Shown: positions 22,359 through 31,500, numbered from the stretch's first letter. The stretch is DNA of 32,000 nt from Halorhodospira halophila SL1 (GCF_000015585.1 NC_008789.1:600001-632000), one strand, 5' to 3'. The notes: a model not told the origin generated them from the letters alone. Made by a program: numbers and translations.

Positions 22359-24560
22359 CTAGAAATTGTAGCGGGCCCCGGCGGTGAACGAGCGGCCGAG
22401 GATCGGCGCCCGGTCCTTGAAGAAGCTCTCATGCCGCCGGCCTCCCTCGTCGAGGAGGTTGCGGCCGCGGACGAAGACACGCAGGTCTTCGACCTCCTGG
22501 GGGTCCCAGCCGATATCGAAGCCCAACAGGTTGTAGCTGCCGGTCTCGGTCTCCGCTGGGCCGGTGTCGGTCTGCCGGAAGACGTGGCGCCAGTCCACCG
22601 AGAAGTCCAGGGTCCGCCAGGCGGTGTCCACGCCGATCCCCAGACGCGGCGCCGTCATCCGCGGCAGGCTCCCGCCATCCCGGAACCGCCCGCGCAGGTA
22701 GTCGCCGCTGGCCCGGGCGGTTAGCGGCCAGTCCGCCACCGTGAGATCGCGCTCGGCCTCGAACTCCAGGCCGTAGAGGTGGACGTCGTCGGCGGTGTTG
22801 TAGACCAGCTGATCGCCTTCGGCATCGTAAGTTGCGTCCCTGTCAACGCGCAGCGGCTCGCCGTTGTCGTCGAAGCTCCGGAAGTAGATGTAGTCGTCCA
22901 CCCGGTTGTAGAAGAGCGCGGCGTCGTAGCGGACCTCGCCCTGGTGGCGCTCCAAGGCGATATCCAGGTTGAGATACTGCTCCTCGTCGAGGTCCGGGTT
23001 GCCCACCTCCCAGGTACCGGCGGCGCCGTGGCGGCCGAAGGCGTAGAGCTGCTCGGCGGAGGGGGCCCGCTCGGCGTAGGTGACGGAACTGCGCAGGCGG
23101 TGCCGATCGTCCAGGTCGAAGCGGGCGCCGGCGGAGGCGCTGCCGGTGGTGAAGGTGCGGCTGCCCAACTCCTCTTCGAAGGTCCGAGTGGGAACATCAG
23201 TCAGGCCATCTCCAACCGAGTCAATCACCGGGTCATAAACATCCGCCGGCCGTGACCGCTCGTGGTTCAGCCGGGCGCCGAACTCCACGGCGCCGAAGCC
23301 GGTGGGCAGCTCCTCGACCAGGAAGACCCCGGTGGAGGTGGTCTCGTTGGGCCGGATGAGGTCGTCACTGTCCTCGCGGGGATCGGCGCCGACGTAGTCC
23401 ACGTCGTGGAAGTCGATGCCGAGGGTCCCGCGCAGCCCGCCGAGGGCGTCCAGGGGATCGTGGGTCAGCTCCAGCCGGGCGTCCAGCTCGTCCTGCTCGA
23501 AGGCGGCCTCGGTCTCCCGCTCGTCCAGCCGCCCGGTGTCCGTATCGTAGTCGTACTCGACCTCGTCCTGGACGAACTCGGTGTAGGAGAGGTTGAACCG
23601 GGCCGCCGAGAAGCCGTTGAACGGATCGTAGAACTCGCTGCGCAGGTCGAAGCGGTCGTGCTCGGCGTAGATCCGCTCGTACTCGTCGGAGAGATTGATA
23701 TCGTCCGTATGCACCGGGAAGAAGGGCTCGGGGACGCCGTACTCGATCTCCCAGCGGTCGTAGCCGATGCCGATGTAGCCCCACTCCTCGGACCACATGC
23801 CGGTCAGCGACCAGCTGTCGTCCTCCACGTCGCTGTTGACCAGCGTGTCGCGGATCAAGTGATCGCCCTCGCGGCCGTCCTCGAGCTGGAAGCCGGAGAT
23901 GTCGGCGTCGTCGCTGCGGCGCAGGCTGTAGTCGGTGCGCAGGGCGAAGCCCTCGGTCAGGGGGACTTCCACCCCGGCATAGCCCTGGCGCTGGTTGGCG
24001 TTGTCCGTGTAGGCACCGTAGAGGCTGCCGGAGACCTGCTCCTCAATGAACGGGTCGAACCGGTTGGTGACGATATTCACCGCGCCGCCGGCGGCACCGG
24101 AGCCGTACATCAGGGTCGCCGGGCCGCGGATCAGCTCCACCGACTGCGCCCGCCGGGTGTCGCCGCCGACGGCGTGATCGACGCCCTCGTCCGAGACATC
24201 GCTGATCCGCATGCCGTCCTGCAGCTCCTCCACCCGGGAGCCCTGCAGGCCGCGGATGGTCGGCCGCCCCACGCCGGGACCGAAGTCGGCATTGCTGATC
24301 CCCGGCAGGCCGTCGAGGACCTCACCGATGGTCCCCCCGTCGCGACGGCGCTCCAGCGCCTCGCCCTCCACCACCGAGATCGGCCGGACCAGCTCGCCTT
24401 CGGTGCGGCTGCCGAGCGGATCCCCGGTGACCGTCACCTGCGGCAGGACCTCGACCCCCGAGTCGCCCAGGACCGTGGCCGGCGCCGCCAGTCCGGCGAT
24501 TCCGGCCACCGGCAACACGCCACGCCAGGGGGTCGCAATGCGCCGAACCCGGTGCTTCAT
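22359..24560 (-). CDS. TonB-dependent outer-membrane receptor (substrate unknown)
   Basis: 733 aa from MKHRVRRIA (AGGAGG upstream; the track start is an extension), with a signal peptide. The plug domain reads GRPTIRGLQGSRVEELQDGMRISDVSDEGVDHAV...ELIRGPATLMYGSGAAGGAVNIVTNRF. A beta-barrel follows, ending in the typical ...FTAGARYNF terminal Phe. Confidence 0.9.
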   Translation of the reverse strand: MKHRVRRIATPWRGVLPVAGIAGLAAPATVLGDSGVEVLPQVTVTGDPLGSRTEGELVRPISVVEGEALERRRDGGTIGEVLDGLPGISNADFGPGVGRPTIRGLQGSRVEELQDGMRISDVSDEGVDHAVGGDTRRAQSVELIRGPATLMYGSGAAGGAVNIVTNRFDPFIEEQVSGSLYGAYTDNANQRQGYAGVEVPLTEGFALRTDYSLRRSDDADISGFQLEDGREGDHLIRDTLVNSDVEDDSWSLTGMWSEEWGYIGIGYDRWEIEYGVPEPFFPVHTDDINLSDEYERIYAEHDRFDLRSEFYDPFNGFSAARFNLSYTEFVQDEVEYDYDTDTGRLDERETEAAFEQDELDARLELTHDPLDALGGLRGTLGIDFHDVDYVGADPREDSDDLIRPNETTSTGVFLVEELPTGFGAVEFGARLNHERSRPADVYDPVIDSVGDGLTDVPTRTFEEELGSRTFTTGSASAGARFDLDDRHRLRSSVTYAERAPSAEQLYAFGRHGAAGTWEVGNPDLDEEQYLNLDIALERHQGEVRYDAALFYNRVDDYIYFRSFDDNGEPLRVDRDATYDAEGDQLVYNTADDVHLYGLEFEAERDLTVADWPLTARASGDYLRGRFRDGGSLPRMTAPRLGIGVDTAWRTLDFSVDWRHVFRQTDTGPAETETGSYNLLGFDIGWDPQEVEDLRVFVRGRNLLDEGGRRHESFFKDRAPILGRSFTAGARYNF

Positions 24561-24638
24561 CGTGCCTCCTTCATGCATTTGCGAACGCTTCTCGTTCATT
24601 TTAAAGGTGAACACCGCCCAGCCCCAGCTGCCGCGGCG

Positions 24639-25127
24639 TTATGCCTCACCTCCTTGGAAGCGCTCATCGGAACGTCCATCAGCGAAGCGCGCGCGGGCCT
24701 CATCCAGCCAACCGCGCCGGACCGGCTCCTCCGGCCCCAGCTCCGGCGTGCACGGCTTGATGTCGAGCAGCGGCGTGCCGTCGAGCATATCCGGCCCGCG
24801 GATATCGAGGATGTTGCCGCGCACCCCTTCCAGGCGCACCGTGGACAGGCCGATGGGATTCGGCCGCCGCGGCGCCCGGGTGGCGAAGACGCCGTGGGGC
24901 CGGTCGTCGAGAAAGGGCACCACCTCCAGCTCGTAACCCTCACTGCGGTCGAAGAGGAAGATCAGGGTGATGTGGGAGAACCCGTCCAGATCCTTGAGCC
25001 CGGCGGCGTAGGCGGGATCGACCTCGACCTCGCCGGTATGGTCTGCAGCACCGCTGGGCTGAACGGGCATGCCGCGGCGCTCGGTGTGCGGGGTGCGAAT
25101 CACCCCGATGGGTTGCATCTCGATCAT
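24639..25127 (-). CDS. TsaA/TrmO-like (YaeB/UPF0066 family) single-domain protein
   Basis: 162 aa: MQPIGVIRTPH...GEVEVDPAYAAGLKDLDGFSHITLIFLFDRS...FATRAPRRPNPIGLSTVRLEGVRGNILDIRGPDMLDGTPLLDIKP. These are the signature motifs of the TsaA-like domain. AAGGAG lies upstream of the ATG. It is the first gene, 78 nt ahead of the TonB receptor. Confidence 0.85.
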   Translation of the reverse strand: MIEMQPIGVIRTPHTERRGMPVQPSGAADHTGEVEVDPAYAAGLKDLDGFSHITLIFLFDRSEGYELEVVPFLDDRPHGVFATRAPRRPNPIGLSTVRLEGVRGNILDIRGPDMLDGTPLLDIKPCTPELGPEEPVRRGWLDEARARFADGRSDERFQGGEA

Positions 25128-25373
25128 GGTCTGCTCCTTCTCTAGCAGGGTGATGAAAAAGTCTTCTCATCACCCTGGTAGAAGCGGAACCGGCAGGTTC
25201 CGCTTGCTCTAAAAAGACCTAACTCATTGCTTTTCCAGGCTTTCCTGGAAACGCCTCATCCTGGCCCACCGCGTCAGCGGTGAAAGCAGGCTGCTGAAAA
25301 GGGTTTTCAGCAGCGCGACCGCGGACGCCACACCACGGAGCTGCTAGTTTGGGGGACCGGCCCGAGCCAGGGA
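25128..25373. promoter_or_regulatory. Highly structured low-GC divergent intergenic region (five perfect stem-loops); candidate cis-regulatory RNA leader or operator cluster
   Basis: Perfect hairpins at 25146-25177 (11 bp), 25182-25205 (10 bp, 4-nt loop), 25232-25251 (8 bp, 4-nt loop), 25267-25282 (6 bp, 4-nt loop) and 25290-25314 (11 bp, 3-nt loop). Flanking complementary 7-mers CTAGCAG (25142-25148) and CTGCTAG (25341-25347). G+C is clearly lower than in the flanking genes. Confidence 0.5.
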
Positions 25374-26552
25374 GTGCGCTACACCGTGACGGATGATGCC
25401 GCAACACCCGGTGCTGAGCACCTCCCGGCCAAGCAGCGGGTTACCGTGATCGGCGCCGTGGTCAACCTGCTGCTCGGCATCGGCAAGGTCGGCGCCGGCA
25501 TCGTCGGCCAGTCCCAGGCGCTGATCGCCGATGGCGCCCACTCGCTCAGCGACCTGATCTCCGACGGCGTGGTGTTGGGTGCCACCACCTACGGCAGCCG
25601 CGGCGCCGATCAGGAACACCCCTACGGCCACGCCCGCATCGAGACCGTCGCCACGGCGTTCATCGGCGCCGCCCTGATGGTGATCGCCGGCGGATTCATC
25701 TACGACGCCGTCCACCGCCTGTTCTTCGCCCCGGAGACCCTGCTGGTGCCGGGCTGGCTGGCGCTGTCCGCCGCCCTCGCCTCGATCCTCGCCAAGGAGG
25801 CCCTCTACCAGTACACCCGCGTGGTGGCCCGGCGGGCGCGCTCGAATATCATCCACGCCAACGCCTGGCACCACCGCTCCGACGCCCTCTCCTCGGTGGT
25901 CGTGGTGGTGGGCATCCTCGGTGTACTGGCGGGCGTGCCGTGGCTCGACGCCGTCGGCGCCATCGTCGTCGCCTCGATGCTCGGCTATATGGGGCTGCGC
26001 TTCGTCTGGCAGTCCCTGCGCGAGCTGGTGGACACCGGCCTGACCGCCGAGCAGGTGCGCGAGCTGGAGGCCCAGATCCACGCCCTGGACGGTGTCCGCG
26101 GCGTGCACGGACTGCGCAGCCGATACATGGCCGAATCCACCCTGATCGATGTCCATGTGGTGGTCGACCCGCGGATCAGCGTCTCCGAGGGCCACCGCGT
26201 GGCCGAGGCGGTGCGCGAGCACCTGGTTGCCGCCAACCCGGAGGTGGCCGAGGTGCTGGTCCACGTCGAACACGAGGACCCGGCATGGCATGAGCAGACC
26301 CGCCAGCTGCCGAGGCGCCGTGAGGTGGAGCGCACCCTGCGTCGACACTGGTCGGACCAACCCCTGGCCGACCGCATCCACCGCCTCGATCTGCACTACC
26401 TGCAAGGGCGGCTGGAGGTGGAGCTCCACCTGGCCTGGCAGGCCGAGGGCGACCCCGCCCGCCAGCACGCCGAGGCCGCCGCCCTGGCCGAAACAGCGGA
26501 AGCCATTGATTACGTGAGCGATTGCCGGATCTTCTGGATCGGCCACCACTAA
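25374..26552 (+). CDS. Cation diffusion facilitator (CDF) family metal-ion exporter with extended C-terminus
   Basis: TM region with the CDF signature SQALIADGAHSLSDLISD, the second metal-site motif NAWHHRSDALSS and a cytoplasmic domain GVHGLRSRYMAESTLIDVHVVVDP. About 90 extra C-terminal residues are present. The start is uncertain (GTG 25374 or GTG 25386). Confidence 0.85.
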   Translation: MRYTVTDDAATPGAEHLPAKQRVTVIGAVVNLLLGIGKVGAGIVGQSQALIADGAHSLSDLISDGVVLGATTYGSRGADQEHPYGHARIETVATAFIGAALMVIAGGFIYDAVHRLFFAPETLLVPGWLALSAALASILAKEALYQYTRVVARRARSNIIHANAWHHRSDALSSVVVVVGILGVLAGVPWLDAVGAIVVASMLGYMGLRFVWQSLRELVDTGLTAEQVRELEAQIHALDGVRGVHGLRSRYMAESTLIDVHVVVDPRISVSEGHRVAEAVREHLVAANPEVAEVLVHVEHEDPAWHEQTRQLPRRREVERTLRRHWSDQPLADRIHRLDLHYLQGRLEVELHLAWQAEGDPARQHAEAAALAETAEAIDYVSDCRIFWIGHH

Positions 26553-26563
26553 CCGGCCACCAC

Positions 26564-26601
26564 CGTCCATGCCCCCGGGCCAACGCCCGGGGGCATGGAC
26601 G
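26564..26601. terminator. Bidirectional terminator-like hairpin between the CDF gene and putP
   Basis: CGTCCATGCCCCCGGGC-CAAC-GCCCGGGGGCATGGACG, a 17-bp perfect stem with a 4-nt loop between the two convergent stop codons. Confidence 0.6.
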
Positions 26602-26607
26602 CGCGGT

Positions 26608-28089
26608 TTAGCGGGTGCCTTGTTCGACCTTGTCGAACTCCCGCTCGATCTCCGCACTCGGACGACCACCAACGCGGCTGAAGATCAGGATCGCCAGGGT
26701 ACCCAGGATGAAGCCGGGCAGGATCTCGTACATATCGAAGAGCCCGCCCTCAAGCAGATCCCAGACCACCACCGTCACCGCGCCGACGATGATCCCCGCC
26801 AGGGCCCCGTTGCGCGTAGCACCGCGCCAGAAGACCGAGAGGATGATCACCGGCCCGAAGGCAGCGCCGAAGCCGGCCCAGGCGTAAGCGACCAGGTCGA
26901 GGACCGCGGCATCCGGATTGAGCGCCAGCAGGGTGGCGAAGATCCCGATGCCGAGCACCGTACCGCGACCGACCCAGACCAGCTCCCGGTCACCGGCCCG
27001 CGGACGCAGGAAGCGCTTGTAGAAGTCCTCGGACAGGGCCGAGGAGGAGACCAGCAGCTGGGAGTCGATGGTGCTCATGATCGCCGCCAGCACCGCCGCC
27101 AGCAGACAGCCGGCCACCCACGGATTGAACAGCGCCTGGATCAGGGCCATGAAGACCGTCTCGGGGTTGTCCAGGGTGCCAGTGCCCTCGAAGAAGGCGA
27201 TGCCGGCAAAGCCCGTAAAGATGGCGCCGAACAGGGCGAAGACCATCCAGCTCATGCCGATGAACCGGGCCGCGGGGATATCCCGAGGACTGCGGATGGC
27301 CATGAAACGGGTCAGCACGTGGGGCTGCCCGAAGTAGCCCAGGCCCCAGGCCATCAGCGAGATGATGCTGAACAGGGTCACGTCGTGGAAGGCGTCCAGC
27401 GCGCCCGGCTCCAGCTCCCCGACGGCGCCGGCGGTCTCCGACCAGCCGCCGAGGTTCATCACGGTGATCACCGGCACCAGGATCAGGGCGACGAACATCA
27501 GGATGCCCTGGATGAAGTCGGTCCAGCTAACCGCCAGGAAACCGCCCAGCAGCGTGTACACCAGGATCACCGAGGCGCCGATCGCCAGCGCCAGGGTGTA
27601 CTCCACCCCGAAGGTGTCCTCGAACAGCGTCCCCGCCGCCACCAGACCGGCCGAGGTGTAGAAGGTAAAGAACAGCAGGATCACCAGGGCCGAGACCACG
27701 CGCAGCGCCGAGGTCTGGTCCCGGAAGCGATTCTCGAAGTAGGCCGGGATGGTAATCGAGTCCCGCGCCACCTCGGTGTAGCGACGCAGACGCTCGGCAA
27801 TGAACTGCCAGTTGAGGTAGGCGCCGATGGTCAGGCCCACCGCAATCCAGATCTGGTTCATCCCGGAGGCGTAGACCGCACCGGGCAGACCAAGCAGGAG
27901 CCAGCCGCTCATGTCCGAGGCGCCGGCCGAGAGGGCCGCCGTCCCCGAACCCAGGCGACGCCCGCCGAGGATGTAGTCGGCGAGGCTCTTGGTGAAGCGG
28001 TAGGCGAACAGCCCCACCAGGATCATCAGGATCAGGTAGACGACAAAGGTCGCCAGTAGCGGGATGTTGAGATCGAGTTCGCCGTTCAT
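26608..28089 (-). CDS. putP: Sodium/proline symporter PutP (SSS family)
   Basis: 493 aa from MNGELDLNIPLLATFVVYLILMILVGLFAYRF. It contains ...YILGGRRLGSGTAALSAGASDMSGWLLLGLPGAVY..., typical of PutP. GGGAGGAAG precedes the ATG at 28089; the track ORF is an upstream extension. Divergent from putA. Confidence 0.92.
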   Translation of the reverse strand: MNGELDLNIPLLATFVVYLILMILVGLFAYRFTKSLADYILGGRRLGSGTAALSAGASDMSGWLLLGLPGAVYASGMNQIWIAVGLTIGAYLNWQFIAERLRRYTEVARDSITIPAYFENRFRDQTSALRVVSALVILLFFTFYTSAGLVAAGTLFEDTFGVEYTLALAIGASVILVYTLLGGFLAVSWTDFIQGILMFVALILVPVITVMNLGGWSETAGAVGELEPGALDAFHDVTLFSIISLMAWGLGYFGQPHVLTRFMAIRSPRDIPAARFIGMSWMVFALFGAIFTGFAGIAFFEGTGTLDNPETVFMALIQALFNPWVAGCLLAAVLAAIMSTIDSQLLVSSSALSEDFYKRFLRPRAGDRELVWVGRGTVLGIGIFATLLALNPDAAVLDLVAYAWAGFGAAFGPVIILSVFWRGATRNGALAGIIVGAVTVVVWDLLEGGLFDMYEILPGFILGTLAILIFSRVGGRPSAEIEREFDKVEQGTR

Positions 28090-28202
28090 CGGTCTTCCTC
28101 CCGCATCTTGTGGCGCACCAGGCTCACCAGGGCGAGCGCCACCACCAGCAGCATGGGCACCAACAGCCAGAACCAGGTGGCCGCAGTCAGGTTCTCTTCC
28201 AT
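28086..28202 (-). CDS. Small single-pass membrane peptide (38 aa) translationally coupled to putP
   Basis: MEENLTAATWFWLLVPMLLVVALALVSLVRHKMREEDR. The ATG is preceded by AAGGGAG at 6-nt spacing. Third-position G/C bias matches real genes. Its TGA overlaps the putP ATG (ATGA). Confidence 0.5.
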   Translation of the reverse strand: MEENLTAATWFWLLVPMLLVVALALVSLVRHKMREEDR

Positions 28203-28270
28203 AGCCCGCTCCCTTCGCTTGCAAAGCCCCGCGGCCCATCCGCTGCAGGGCACGATCATCGCCCGTTGAG

Positions 28271-28286
28271 TGCAGTTTTTGTGCCG
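28271..28286 (-). promoter_or_regulatory. Candidate sigma54 (-24/-12) promoter for the small-peptide/putP operon
   Basis: The minus strand reads CGGCACAAAAACTGCA, with GG and GC at canonical spacing. It lies about 70 nt upstream of the small-ORF ATG. Confidence 0.4.
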
Positions 28287-28476
28287 CGACCCGCACCCGC
28301 GGGATCGACCGTCATCGGCGCAGTGAATGCACCACGGGTGAGCGGGAATGAAATACCAGGCACCGCTTTCGTGCAAGGCTCTGCGCCCGGATACCCCCCT
28401 GGCCGATCCGGCTGGCAGGAACCACACTCCCCCCACGACCACCCCGACCGCAGCCCACCGCCCGCGATCCGGACAG

Positions 28477-28492
28477 TGGCACGCCCCCTGCA
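28477..28492 (+). promoter_or_regulatory. Candidate sigma54 (-24/-12) promoter for putA
   Basis: TGGCACGCCCCCTGCA against the consensus TGGCACG-N4-TTGCA has a single mismatch (C for the first T of TTGCA). It lies 49 nt upstream of the putA ATG. Confidence 0.45.
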
Positions 28493-28540
28493 GGGAGAAG
28501 CGCCATCCGCTGCCCGATCCGACCCTTCAGAGGAGGTGCC

Positions 28541-31500
28541 ATGAGCGCGTTCGTCCACCCGGAGCCCGAGCAGCTGCTGCCCGCCGAGCGCCGCGCCCTG
28601 GCCGCGGCCTACCGCATCGATGAACCCACCCGCAGCCGCGCCCTGCTTGAGGAGGCCGACTGCGATCCGGCGACCCGCTCCCGTATCCAGGAGCGCGCCC
28701 GGGGCCTGGTCCACGGCATGATCCGCGCCCAGCGCCGCCAGTCCTCGCTGACCGCCCTGCTCCACGAGTACGACCTCTCCAGCGAGGAAGGAGTGGCGCT
28801 GATGTGCCTGGCGGAGGCATTGCTGCGTATCCCCGACGCGCCGACTGCCGATCAGCTGATCCACGACAAGCTCGGCACCGGGGGCTGGTCGTCGCACCTG
28901 GGGCGCGACCGGCGGTTGCTGGTCAACGCCGCCACCCTCGGCCTGGCCCTGACCGGCCGGATCCTGGACACCCGCGACGCCGAGCGCTGGTTTGGAGATC
29001 GCCTCCACACCGCCATCGCCCGTCGCGGGGCCCCGCTGATCCGCCGGGCGGTGCGGCGCTCGATGGGACTGCTTGGTGAGACCTTCGTCCTCGGCCGCGA
29101 CATCCCCGAGGCGCAGCGGCGCGCCCGCAAACTCGAAGCCAAGGGGTACCGCTACTCCTACGACATGCTCGGCGAGGCGGCGCGCACCGAGGCCGACGCC
29201 GAGCACTTCTTCCAGGCCTACTGCCGCGGCATCGAGCACTTCGGGCGCAGTGCCGACCCGGATGCGCCCATGGACGCCCGGGCCGAGGTCTCGGTGAAGC
29301 TCTCGGCCCTCGACCCGCGCTTCGAGCCCGGTCAGGAGGAACGCGTCCAGGCCACGGTCATCCCCCGCTTGCAGGCGCTGTGCCGGCGCGCCCGGGAGGC
29401 CGGCATCGCCCTATGCGTGGACGCCGAGGAGGCCGCCCGGATCGACCTGACACTGGATGTGCTTGAGGCGGTGATGGCCGACCCGGAACTCGCCGACTGG
29501 GACGGGCTGGGAATTGCGGTGCAGGCGTACCAGAAGCGCGCCCCGGAGTGGATCGACTGGCTGGCCGAGCGGGCCGGGCACTACCGGCGCCGCCTGCGCA
29601 TCCGGCTGGTCAAGGGCGCCTACTGGGATACCGAGATCAAGGACTCACAGATCCAGGGCCTGGACGACTACCCGGTCTTCACCCGCAAGGCGGCCAGCGA
29701 TGTCTGCTTCCTGGCCTGCGCCCGGCGCATGCTCCGCCACCCGCAGCAGATCTATCCGCAGTTCGCCACCCACAACGCCCACACCGTCGCCGCGGTGATG
29801 GAACTGGCCGACGAGCAGCCCTTCGAGTTTCAGCGCCTGCACGGCATGGCTGATGACCTCTACGATCAACTGGTCGACGCCCGCCCCGGCCGCGGGGTGC
29901 CGGTGCGCATCTACGCCCCGGTGGGCCAGCACGAGGCGCTGCTGCCCTATCTCGTCCGCCGGCTGCTGGAGAACGGCGCCAACTCCTCCTTCGTCAATCG
30001 GATCCACGAAGGCGACGTGGAAGAGCTGATCGCCGACCCGGTGGAGCACCTGCGCTCGCGGACGACCCTGCGCCACCCGCACCTGCCGCTGCCGTCCGGG
30101 ATTTTCGGCCCGGAGCGGGTCAACAGCCGCGGTATCGACTTCTCCAACCGGCAAGAGACCGCCGCCCTGGCTGCTGCCATGACCACCGCCGCCGAGCCTG
30201 CCCGCGAGGCGCGGCCGATCATCAACGGCCAGGGCGCCACCGAGGCCGACGGCACCTGGGCCGAGGTCTGCAGCCCCACGGATACCGCCCAGCACGTCGG
30301 CCGGGTGCTGTGGGCCGGCCACGAGCACCTGGAGCAGGCCCTAGCCAGTGCCGCAGCGGCCTGGCCGCGCTGGGCCGCGACGCCGGTGGACGAGCGCGCC
30401 CGAGCCCTGGAGCGCCTCGCCGACCTCTACGAGGCGCACACCGCCGAGCTGATGACCCTGTGCACCCTGGAAGGCGGCAAGACCCTTAAGGACGGCATCG
30501 CCGAGGTGCGCGAGGCGGTGGACTTCTGCCGCTACTACGCCGTCCAGGCGCGGCGGCTGATGGGCGAACCGACCCCGTTACCCGGCCCCACCGGCGAGAC
30601 CAACGCCCTGCAGCTGCACGGCCGCGGCACCTACCTGTGCATCAGCCCCTGGAACCTGCCGCTGGCGATCTTCACCGGGCAGATCACCGCCGCCCTGGCC
30701 GCCGGCAATGCGGTGATCGCCAAGCCGGCGGAGCAGACGCCGCTGATCGCCCACCGAGCCGTGGAGCTCATGCATCAGGCGGGCATCCCCGGTGACGTGC
30801 TCCACCTTCTGCCCGGCGAGGGCCGGCGCATCGGGCCGCCGCTGGTGGCCGATCGGCGGATCGACGGGGTCGCCTTCACCGGCTCGGTGGCCACGGCGCA
30901 GCAGATCCACCGCACCCTGGCCGAGCGCGATGGCCCCATCGTTCCGCTGATCGCCGAGACCGGCGGCCTCAACGCCCTGATCGTCGACTCCAGCGCCCTG
31001 CCCGAGCAGGCGGTGGTGGATGTACTGCGCTCGGCGTTCTTCAGCGCCGGCCAGCGCTGCTCGGCGCTGCGCCTGCTGTGCATCCAGGAGGACATCGCTG
31101 AGCCGTTCCTGGCGATGCTGCGCGGGGCCATGGACGCCCTGCGGGTTGGTGATCCGCGCTGGCTGGCCACCGACGTCGGCCCGGTGATCGACAGCGACGC
31201 CCGGGCGCGGCTGGAGGCCCATCACGAGGCGATGGCCGCCGCCGGCCGCGTGGTCCATCGGACACCGCTCGGCCAGGCCGGAGAGCGCGGGCACTTTGTG
31301 CCGCCGTCGCTCTACCGGCTGGATGCCATCGAGGATCTGCAGGAGGAGTTCTTCGGGCCGATGCTCCACTACACCACCTGGCGGGCGGGGGAGCTCGACT
31401 CGGTGGTGGAGCGGATCAACGCCGCCGGCTACGGTCTCACCTTCGGCGTCCACAGCCGCATCGACAGCCACCGGGAGATGGCCACGCGCTCGATCCGCGC

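Noticed and set aside
25128-25373. Calling the structured region a cobalamin (B12) riboswitch because of the downstream TonB receptor and an ACCTGCC B12-box-like core
   Set aside because: Only the 7-nt core and a few flanking bases match. I could not find the GGGAA / GGTG...AA..CC / GCCACTG blocks. The B12-box-like bases are buried in a perfect 10-bp hairpin, unlike known examples. It is kept as an unassigned candidate pending a covariance-model search.
28541-28700. PutA acting as its own DNA-binding repressor (trifunctional PutA)
   Set aside because: The N-terminus (MSAFVHPEPEQLLPAERRALAAAY...) leads directly into the PRODH arm. The protein is about 1055 aa, not about 1300 aa, and no ribbon-helix-helix segment is recognisable.
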